Source: a virus (lineage: Duplodnaviria; Caudoviricetes). From it: a stretch of 28,786 nt of DNA. Shown one piece after another: positions 15,925 to 22,289 of the stretch; the first letter of the stretch is position 1, and the number at the start of each line of letters is the position of its first letter. The notes beneath the pieces were generated by a model. That model was not told the origin of the DNA and searched no databases. It was given only the letters and a program-made list of their open reading frames with translations. Location: positions 1 through 28,786 of IMG/VR virus record IMGVR_UViG_3300040985_001469; one strand, written 5' to 3'. The position numbers and the translations under genes are program-made.

Positions 15925-16469
15925 GAGTCAGGAGGCGTGCCGGGCGCCTCATCCCGCACAGTCCACAGCACTTGGCCGGACATTATAGCATCTGCCGACG
16001 CCCTGTGCGCGTTTCCTGAGGCCACGATGCCCAGGCACGCCGCAACCTTTGTCAGCGACCTCGTTCCACGCGGAAACATGGGCATCCTCTTGACGATATC
16101 CAGGCTATCCACCTTGACCTTGCCAGAAATCGCCTCTGTCCAGCGATATCCAAGCTCTGCCTCGATCATCCTAAAGTCATAGGCCAAATTATGGCCAACA
16201 ATTACGTCAACACCCTCGAAAACCTTCAAAAATCGTTCCGCGATCTCTTGTAGGGTGGGCTTTCCCTCGACTTCGTGGTCGTAGATGCCGTGAATGGCCG
16301 ATGCAGTCGCGGGGATTGGTACGAGGGGGTCCACGAGGGCGCCCCTGCGGTCGATCACCACCCCTTCAAGCATCGTAACCGCCGCTAGCTCCACGATCCG
16401 GTCCCTGCCGGGCTTCAGGCCGGTGGTTTCCGTGTCGATGCAGAGCCATTTCTTAGCCTTCCAGTCCAT
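15912..16469 (-). CDS. DnaQ-like DEDDh 3'-5' exonuclease
   Basis: ExoI IDTETTG, IHGI, ExoII VGHNLAYD and ExoIII AHRASADA. Confidence 0.92.
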   Translation of the reverse strand: MDWKAKKWLCIDTETTGLKPGRDRIVELAAVTMLEGVVIDRRGALVDPLVPIPATASAIHGIYDHEVEGKPTLQEIAERFLKVFEGVDVIVGHNLAYDFRMIEAELGYRWTEAISGKVKVDSLDIVKRMPMFPRGTRSLTKVAACLGIVASGNAHRASADAIMSGQVLWTVRDEAPGTPPDSWII

Positions 16470-16737
16470 CTTCAGACCTCTCAAACATTGGTATATTCAT
16501 AGCCATAATGTACTTGCACAGCGCCTCTTCTGAATCGATCTTGGCGCCTGACAGGCTGTTAGATTCGCCCCTGATGCCGATATCCTTCAGACAGATGTGT
16601 ACCACCCATCCAAAATCACCGCCACCATCACTCTGCACCAGCAACCTAGTGTCCCAGGTGGGGTCAGAAATCCAGGTGTTGACAGATGAACGCCTCCACT
16701 CGCAATGGGGTTCTGAGTTAGTCCAGATCACCGACAT
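16453..16737 (-). CDS. Hypothetical protein
   Basis: Likely start MSVIWTN; start uncertain. Confidence 0.5.
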   Translation of the reverse strand: MSVIWTNSEPHCEWRRSSVNTWISDPTWDTRLLVQSDGGGDFGWVVHICLKDIGIRGESNSLSGAKIDSEEALCKYIMAMNIPMFERSEDGLEG

Positions 16738-17038
16738 CTCCATCGTCAAGGTCGCTGAAGTCAAGCCCGGTAGCATCAAACTCCTTAGGTGGCTTCGGTA
16801 GTTCGGGGATAATGTACTCGACGTCCCAGCACTGCGGGTAGATCTCCTTGAGCGTACCGACCAAATCGAACTCCTTACCAAATGCCGCACACAGCCTAGC
16901 CAGATGCTCGGTACCCGGCTTCATAACCCCGCGCCTGTGGTACGAAACCGTCATCCTGTTGCTGCCCAACACGCGGCCCAGGGCCTCGCCGCTGAACAAC
17001 TGCATCAACTCACCGTATGTTTTCTTCTTCTTAGCCAT
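16718..17038 (-). CDS. XRE-like helix-turn-helix protein with an acidic tail
   Basis: SGEALGRVLGSNRMTVSYHRRGVMKPGTEHLARLCAAFG matches the Cro/C1-type HTH pattern. Confidence 0.7.
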   Translation of the reverse strand: MAKKKKTYGELMQLFSGEALGRVLGSNRMTVSYHRRGVMKPGTEHLARLCAAFGKEFDLVGTLKEIYPQCWDVEYIIPELPKPPKEFDATGLDFSDLDDGDVGDLD

Positions 17039-17228
17039 TCGAAATCTCCCTCTCCAGGTACCAAAGCGCCTTCTTCAGGTCCGTCATGCGGTCGCCCTTA
17101 CGGCCGGCGCGGCTGACGTACTTGACCGTGTTGCCGAGGTTGAACCCCAACTCCCAAGCCTCTATCACATCTATGGCCTCTACGCCACCCTTTGTGTAGT
17201 GGTCAGGGTGGTCCACTGGATCACTCAT
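17031..17228 (-). CDS. DUF3310 family protein
   Basis: DPVDHPDHY..GGVEAIDVI...FNLGNTVKY..RAG.K.....DLKKALWYL. Confidence 0.9.
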   Translation of the reverse strand: MSDPVDHPDHYTKGGVEAIDVIEAWELGFNLGNTVKYVSRAGRKGDRMTDLKKALWYLEREISNG

Positions 17229-17613
17229 CCTCAACCCCGCTCAAGACCGCAATCAAATCATTCACGTTTTCCTTACCATCCACACACACGCTCACAAACC
17301 TGTCCTGTTGGTCGTCGTTCCACACGTACACGCCCATCGTGATGGTCAGCCCATCTCGGAAGATGCAGAACATGTAGCCGTCCTCCCACTTGGCCCAGGA
17401 GCCTGGATCCGCGATCGATGCCTCAAGGATGGAGGCGGTATCTAGCGCCTCGAATCGGTACTCCCCGAAGGCCCCGTCAGTGCATGAGGCAGTGACGAGG
17501 GTTTCTTGTTTATCGGATTCGATGGTGAATAGACATTCGGGTGACTGGTACTCTATTAGGGGCATAGAGCACCTGGGGATGAGGGGCATAGAGCACCTGT
17601 GGGTGAGGGGCAT
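17221..17613 (-). CDS. Hypothetical protein with a tandemly repeated N-terminus
   Basis: MPLTHRCS-MPLIPRCS-MPLIEY; three in-frame candidate starts. Confidence 0.6.
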   Translation of the reverse strand: MPLTHRCSMPLIPRCSMPLIEYQSPECLFTIESDKQETLVTASCTDGAFGEYRFEALDTASILEASIADPGSWAKWEDGYMFCIFRDGLTITMGVYVWNDDQQDRFVSVCVDGKENVNDLIAVLSGVEDE

Positions 17614-18092
17614 GTCACCTCCTCCATCTTCACGGCACCACCGCCGTCTAGAGTGATGGCCTCCACATCACCGTACGGTGTGCGGTACAAGAACAGCCCC
17701 TCCTCGTGAAAGACCAGCACGCCAGTCTTCTCACTCCAGAACCGATCCCAGTCACTCATAAACACGCACCCGACCCAACACCCATCAACGTAAGCGTCCA
17801 CGTTCTGGCGGACCTTAAACGACACACCCATGACCCTCTGAGGCGTCATCTTAGGCACCAACCCGGCCCACCAGTCCGACACGTTGAACTCAGTGGTCCT
17901 CAGGAACTTAGCCAACTCTACGTCCTCGCCAGACCAAGTAGACAGACCATCAACATCGACATCTACCCAACAGTCGCTAACCTCCCAGTTGACGGTACGG
18001 CCGAACACAGTCGCGGAGTAATGGTTGTTGGCGATGCACTTCACGCTTTCGCCGACCAGGAACTCCGGATCTAGTAGTGGATGCTTACTCAT
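17556..18092 (-). CDS. Hypothetical protein, LLDPEF family member 4
   Basis: Starts MSKHPLLDPEFL. Confidence 0.7.
   Translation of the reverse strand: MSKHPLLDPEFLVGESVKCIANNHYSATVFGRTVNWEVSDCWVDVDVDGLSTWSGEDVELAKFLRTTEFNVSDWWAGLVPKMTPQRVMGVSFKVRQNVDAYVDGCWVGCVFMSDWDRFWSEKTGVLVFHEEGLFLYRTPYGDVEAITLDGGGAVKMEEVTCPSPTGALCPSSPGALCP
17558..17613. repeat. 24-bp tandem repeat, 2.3 copies
   Basis: AGGGGCATAGAGCACCTGGGGATG / AGGGGCATAGAGCACCTGTGGGTG / AGGGGCAT. Confidence 0.9.
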
Positions 18093-18363
18093 GCCCAAAC
18101 CCCTCACTCAATGACTCCCACTTAGCCTTTGCCTCATCCTTCTCTACCTGCTCCTTCGGCGAATACATCAACGACTTCATCAACTCCTTATCCGTAACAT
18201 TGCACACATTAATTCCATCCAGAGCTACGGTTATGTAACCAGAGTGGTCCCCATGTAGGTAGCTCCACTGAACGTTCTCGTAGGTGTACACGATCCTGTG
18301 GTATGGACACGACATTGGAGTCTCCAACTCACGCACGTACTCTGGATCTAGCAGCTTATGCAT
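18085..18363 (-). CDS. Hypothetical protein, LLDPEF family member 3
   Basis: Starts MHKLLDPEYV after AAGGAG. Confidence 0.7.
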   Translation of the reverse strand: MHKLLDPEYVRELETPMSCPYHRIVYTYENVQWSYLHGDHSGYITVALDGINVCNVTDKELMKSLMYSPKEQVEKDEAKAKWESLSEGFGHE

Positions 18364-18841
18364 CCAACCACTCCTTGAACTTCGAAATGTCAAACATGTG
18401 CGTCCCGTTGTTCTCGACGTCGATGAGCATGATCTCTGAGCCGACGACTACTGAGGAGATTTGTGGGGTGGATCGGTAGATGAGATGCCTGTGTCGATCA
18501 AAGATTAGGTGCGCACGCCCAACGAAGAGCGAATGCGTGCTAGGGCTGCTTAGCCACAGGCCGCCTTCGTCGTGCCAGAACGAAAACGGCCCAACCTCAA
18601 AAATGCTCGGGATGACCTCACCGACCTCCTCATGGCCCTCATACCACTCGATCAACTCCCCAGTAAGCTCTTCGCTCTTCCGTGACAGGACGTCGAACAG
18701 GTCTGCCGGCAGGTACTCAAGCACCACGCCATCCACCGTAAGCTTTCCATCCGCGTATGAAAGGATTCTTCCGTTGTAGGAGATGAGGGGGTATCGGTCC
18801 ATGTGCTTCTGGACGAATTTTGGGTTTAGTAGTTGGTTCAC
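18356..18841 (-). CDS. Hypothetical protein, LLDPEF family member 2
   Basis: GTG start, (M)NQLLNPKFV, after GAGGTG. Confidence 0.7.
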   Translation of the reverse strand: MNQLLNPKFVQKHMDRYPLISYNGRILSYADGKLTVDGVVLEYLPADLFDVLSRKSEELTGELIEWYEGHEEVGEVIPSIFEVGPFSFWHDEGGLWLSSPSTHSLFVGRAHLIFDRHRHLIYRSTPQISSVVVGSEIMLIDVENNGTHMFDISKFKEWLDA

Positions 18842-19116
18842 GCATCCACCTCGTAACTGTTGATAACCTGTAGGTCTGGACGCAGGCTCTCCCATATGTC
18901 CACCAGCTTGCCGTAAAGCCCTTCCCCAACAAAGAATTCCTTGCTGTCGTTGCCAATGCATACTCGCACCTGTAGCGTTGGTGGCGCGCCGGGAAGCGGC
19001 AAAACCCTTACATCGCCCTCTGTGCGTCGGTAGTGGATCTCCATGCCTCCCCAGTTCTTTGTGGCCCTGAGGCCTTCCTGGTCTAGGATGAATTGTGGGT
19101 TGATGAGTTGGTTCAT
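18838..19116 (-). CDS. Hypothetical protein, LLDPEF family member 1
   Basis: Starts MNQLINPQFI after AAGGAG; first gene of the leftward operon. Confidence 0.7.
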   Translation of the reverse strand: MNQLINPQFILDQEGLRATKNWGGMEIHYRRTEGDVRVLPLPGAPPTLQVRVCIGNDSKEFFVGEGLYGKLVDIWESLRPDLQVINSYEVDA

Positions 19117-19138
19117 TGTTCTCCTTGGTTGTGGGATG

Positions 19139-19185
19139 GATATATCAATGGATTGGTTGGTTGTCAAGGGTAAAGAGGGCTTTAC
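19139..19185 (-). promoter_or_regulatory. Leftward sigma-70-type promoter with an adjacent GTAAAG-N4-CTTTAC palindrome
   Basis: TTGACA(19167-19162)-N17-TATATC; palindrome at 19170-19185 just upstream of the -35. Confidence 0.65.
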
Positions 19186-19274
19186 TTGAGAAAAGGGTGA
19201 AAATAGTTGTCGCGTATTTTTTAGCACCCACCCCCCGCGCCCGATCGCGCGAAGCGCGAAGGGGGGATCCCCCC

Positions 19275-19478
19275 TGGCACGAACTATGCATTAGCACGAT
19301 CCGTGCCAGTTACACACAACCCATACTGTACAAACTTTCAGTGTTGACAGACTCTTTCTTTTGAGATCCAAACAAAACGCTTGACACCCTACCGAACACG
19401 CGAACCACTGCACACCCGTACAGTACCCATGCAATCACCATGCCAGAAAGCTATTTTCAGAAATCAAAGATCGTGCCA
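19275..19478. promoter_or_regulatory. Cluster of sigma-54-like GG-N10-GC motifs
   Basis: Plus strand TGGCACGAACTATGCA 19275-19290; minus strand TGGCACGGATCGTGCT 19293-19308, TGGCATGGTGATTGCA 19430-19445, and degenerate TGGCACGATCTTTGAT 19463-19478. Confidence 0.5.
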
Positions 19479-19552
19479 AGATGCCGATTTTGAACTATTT
19501 TTTTTATTTTGTAACTCGTTGGAATCATTGCGTTTTTTTGTGTCGATTGTGC

Positions 19553-19580
19553 TTGATCGCCCCTGTGAGGATGTTACATT
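19553..19580 (+). promoter_or_regulatory. Rightward sigma-70-type promoter with an upstream T-rich (UP-like) region
   Basis: TTGATC-N16-TACATT with extended TG; T-tracts at about 19495-19540; GC-rich sequence downstream. Confidence 0.55.
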
Positions 19581-19643
19581 GCTTGTGCGGCGGGGGAGAC
19601 AACCCGCCCCGCGCGGGAGGCGAGACAGCGGACCCCCGGCAAC

Positions 19644-19654
19644 TGCTCTTTACA
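19644..19654 (+). promoter_or_regulatory. boxA-like antitermination element
   Basis: TGCTCTTTACA versus rrn boxA TGCTCTTTAACA, preceded by GC-rich hairpins. Confidence 0.55.
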
Positions 19655-19687
19655 CTTCAAACGCGAAACACAATCCAAGGGATTACT

Positions 19688-20101
19688 ATGTCATACACTG
19701 ACAAGGAGGTCCGGGATCTCGCGCGCCGTCTGGGCGTGACGAAGGATCGTGTGACGATTGCTGGCGCGTCTGACACTGTGTCAGACGTCAACCGCTACCG
19801 CCGGGAGACCCGGAGGCAGTCATACGCATCCACAACGTTTGCTGTACGCAGCACCGTGATTCGTCGCCGCAGCGGAGCGGAGACCCCGATCGATTCGTTC
19901 AATGTCAAGGTAAAGCAACGTGTGTTGGGAACCAAGCCACCGCGCGTTGCGGCGGAGCCTAAGCCCCGATCCGGGGGCCCGCGGATCCGCAAGTGTGCAA
20001 TCCCAGGTTGCGCAACCTGCGCAGTCTTCGGCGGACACGACGCAGCCGAGGATCGCCCGGAGCGTAAGCGCAAGGCACACGTTCACGGCTACCGTAGCTA
20101 G
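19688..20101 (+). CDS. Highly basic protein with a C-terminal C-x4-C-x2-C-x5-H motif
   Basis: ATG 19688 after AAGGGA; Arg/Lys-rich; CAIPGCATCAVFGGH. Confidence 0.7.
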   Translation: MSYTDKEVRDLARRLGVTKDRVTIAGASDTVSDVNRYRRETRRQSYASTTFAVRSTVIRRRSGAETPIDSFNVKVKQRVLGTKPPRVAAEPKPRSGGPRIRKCAIPGCATCAVFGGHDAAEDRPERKRKAHVHGYRS

Positions 20102-20107
20102 CGACAA

Positions 20108-20132
20108 GCGGCCCCCGTTCGCGGGGGCCGCT
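20108..20132 (+). terminator. GC-rich hairpin after the ORF (terminator-like, without an immediate U tract)
   Basis: GCGGCCCCCG-TTCG-CGGGGGCCGC. Confidence 0.5.
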
Positions 20133-20170
20133 ACCCTTCGATCTTTCTTTCGCGTTTGCGCTTTTATCCC

Positions 20171-20239
20171 TTGACCTCTGAATCATGGATGCTATGGTCC
20201 AGAGGTCAGCGGGTAACTGCTGAGCTTGATCCTTGAAAA
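20171..20239 (+). promoter_or_regulatory. Sigma-70-type promoter, hairpin and boxA-like site
   Basis: TTGACC-N16-TATGGT with extended TG; hairpin CAGCGG/CTGCTG; TGATCCTTGAAAA at 20227-20239. Confidence 0.5.
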
Positions 20240-20262
20240 GCCCAACCGACGATCGGATAGAG

Positions 20263-20713
20263 GTCTCGTTCTTACGTTGCCGAATAAATCCGGAACACCT
20301 TGCCCGATGCAAGGTTTAGTTGGCTTGGGCGTTCCATTAAAGGAACATAATCTCGCGAGTCCTACGAACAAGGGACACTGACCGAGACAGGGCGTGGCGA
20401 CAGACAATCCCATAGTGGATCTGGCGTTTAAGCCTGGAGAGGGACTAACGGACCGAATATAGCATTTCGGGTGATGACTGTTAGTCGGGAATGCCATTCC
20501 CAGATCATGCAACTAAACGGCCAGTTGGCAGGTTACGCATAGGGCGCCAAAAGGCGCTGAGGTCACCCCCGCAGCCTACCAAGTAGGCATAGGGAACCAC
20601 AGCAAAGCCTGGGCGATTCCACAGCAGTTAGCTAACAGGGCAGTGGACGAAGCATGTGACGACTAACGACCCCTCTATGGGCTCTCATCGCGAGGTGAGA
20701 GGGTAAACGAGAC
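20263..20713 (+). ncRNA. Candidate large structured non-coding RNA (about 450 nt), family unassigned
   Basis: No credible ORF on the + strand; closing stem GTCTCGTT/AACGAGAC, nested long-range stems and many hairpins (see findings). Confidence 0.65.
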
Positions 20714-20824
20714 GCAGGGGAGAGGGACGCACAAGGGTTCCCTCTCCCCGAACCCTTCGGGGCTTCCGAAGGTTGACCCTACCTCTAACCAGACTGCCAT
20801 TCCGGCGGCTGGGGAGAGTCTACG

Positions 20825-21025
20825 ATGGATGAGTTGTTTCGCGCATTGGCTGAGCGATTCGAGCAGAAGACGGCGCGAGCCCGGTCCTGCATGGCGCAGG
20901 GTGAGTACGAGTCGGCAAAGGAGTATAGCGACATCGCGGCACAGTGTGCCTCGTTGCTGTGCGCTCTGGAGTACGACGGCGCTGAGGCTCAGGCGACTGG
21001 GCTGTTGGAGTTGCTCGACGACTAG
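20825..21025 (+). CDS. Small helical protein enclosed by a 21-bp RNA stem
   Basis: GGGGAG RBS; 66 aa; flanking arms at 20774-20794 and 21056-21076. Confidence 0.65.
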   Translation: MDELFRALAERFEQKTARARSCMAQGEYESAKEYSDIAAQCASLLCALEYDGAEAQATGLLELLDD

Positions 21026-21140
21026 GGACCAAGCTCCCGACCAACGTGGTCGGGGGTCTGGTTAGGGGTAGGGTTACACGATTTGAATGTCAATCTTCCT
21101 GGTGGGCGTCAATCCAGACGTTCAATACCGGGAGGGTAAG

Positions 21141-21464
21141 ATGGATTACGATTGGAATGGCACGATCGAAGCTCTGGAGTCTACCATCGGCACTCTCCGA
21201 TGCCTGAATCGCGAGTTGGCAGGTCAGGTGGATGATGCACAGGCTAGCCTGCTCGATGCCAGGAGCTACCAGAAGCACGATGCGGAGATCGAGCGTCGCT
21301 GTGAGGCTGAGCGTAAGGTGCTCGATGGTGGGGACGACGCTCGGTGGGCTGCTGACGCGTACAGGGGTGTGGTCGCCAAGTTGCTGAAGGGTGAGAGCCC
21401 GACGATGGATGAGATCTCGTTCGTTAGCTCGATGCTGGGCGACGTGATCGAGACGCTGAGCTAG
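21141..21464 (+). CDS. Coiled-coil protein enclosed by a 22-bp RNA stem
   Basis: GGAGGG RBS before MDYDWNG; flanking arms at 21088-21109 and 21489-21510. Confidence 0.7.
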   Translation: MDYDWNGTIEALESTIGTLRCLNRELAGQVDDAQASLLDARSYQKHDAEIERRCEAERKVLDGGDDARWAADAYRGVVAKLLKGESPTMDEISFVSSMLGDVIETLS

Positions 21465-21675
21465 TATCCCGGGTGTCCACTTAGGTGGGCGCCCACCAGG
21501 GAGATTGACAGTAAATATTTTGAGAATGTCGATTTTTGGGTATGAAAAAATGCACTCAAAAATGGGCACGCAGTGCCACAATCGACAAGCAACGTGCTAG
21601 GTACCATCCCGAGAATGCCGGGATCGTGTCAATCTTGACACGCTACGCTCAAACGTTGCCACCTAACATTCGCGA

Positions 21676-21935
21676 GTGTTAGTTGGGGCTGTGTCCCCTG
21701 GATAACCTATGGGAAACCATAGTGGGGCGAGCTACCATGCAAGCTGCCGGTATACTCCGGATCGCGCTACAACCGCGAGCAGCGTATACCCTAAAACTTG
21801 CGCCAACAAGCCGGGAAACGGGCTGATGCATTAACGGCAGTGATACAAAGGCCAGCACGTTAGCCGCGCGCTGGTACAAAATCACACGCACTTGGCAGTG
21901 CGGCGGGATATTAGATCTCGGCAGCCCCCAAACAC
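21676..21935 (+). ncRNA. Candidate structured non-coding RNA (about 250 nt), family unassigned
   Basis: Closing stem GGGGCTGT/GCAGCCCC extended by GTGTT/AACAC; several internal hairpins including CTATGG-GAAA-CCATAG. Confidence 0.6.
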
Positions 21936-22092
21936 AGGCGTTGGCGTCATTCGGCGCCATTTCATCGATGGTGCAACAATGCAAGGAGAGTGAAACCCGC
22001 CGCGCGAGCAAAGCGGCTATGATTAAAGCAACGCACGCTGCAACGTGCGCATTCATAATATCCCTGGGCATGGAATGAAACTGCCCACCTAA

Positions 22093-22137
22093 TACCGCGG
22101 TAGTCCGATAGCCTGGGTTCGATCCCCGGGGCGGTAA
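22093..22137 (+). ncRNA. Minimal tRNA-like element (acceptor stem and T arm only)
   Basis: TACCGC/GCGGTA stem and CTGGG-TTCGATC-CCCGG T arm, with only about 14 nt between, so no anticodon arm. Confidence 0.45.
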
Positions 22138-22172
22138 CAGCGCATATGTCAGCCGAAACGCAAAGCGCCACA

Positions 22173-22183
22173 TGCTCTTTAAC
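22173..22183 (+). promoter_or_regulatory. boxA-like antitermination element
   Basis: TGCTCTTTAAC is an 11/11 match to the start of the rrn boxA; lies upstream of tRNA-Leu. Confidence 0.6.
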
Positions 22184-22289
22184 TAAGTGCCGCGGGAAAG
22201 CCCAACGCAAGCTGGGGTCAAGTGGGCGATCGATTGGTGGGCAGGCGCCAACACCCTGGGCATGGTGGGAAACTGCCCCTCCCTACTGA

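Noticed and set aside
181-19364. Plus-strand ORFs in the track across the left arm, and minus-strand ORFs across the right arm
   Set aside because: These are shadow frames opposite well-supported, tightly coupled genes, with Ser/Arg-rich composition and no recognisable motifs.
19481-19687. N-terminal extension of the 206-aa track ORF
   Set aside because: It spans the promoter, hairpins and boxA-like site; the RBS supports ATG 19688.
20508-20523. Minus-strand sigma-54-like motif TGGCCGTTTAGTTGCA
   Set aside because: Weaker match, and the sequence is already explained by RNA stem pairing in the ncRNA candidate.
20263-20713. RNase P RNA or a self-splicing intron
   Set aside because: I could not find the RNase P GAGGAAAGTCC signature, a group II GTGCG start or domain V, or interrupted exons. 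A covariance search is still needed to exclude divergent forms.
20774-21510. MITE or IS terminal inverted repeats
   Set aside because: No transposase, no evident target-site duplications, arms differ between cassettes, and mismatches are G-U compatible, which favours RNA pairing.
21685-21930. tmRNA (starts GGGGCTG)
   Set aside because: No G3-U70 pair, no TTCRA T-loop, no CCA end, no evident tag ORF, and it is shorter than typical tmRNA.
22150-22170. c-di-GMP-I riboswitch (ACGCAAAGC)
   Set aside because: Only this short motif matches; the upstream GGCAAA/GNRA stem and the second stem are not evident.
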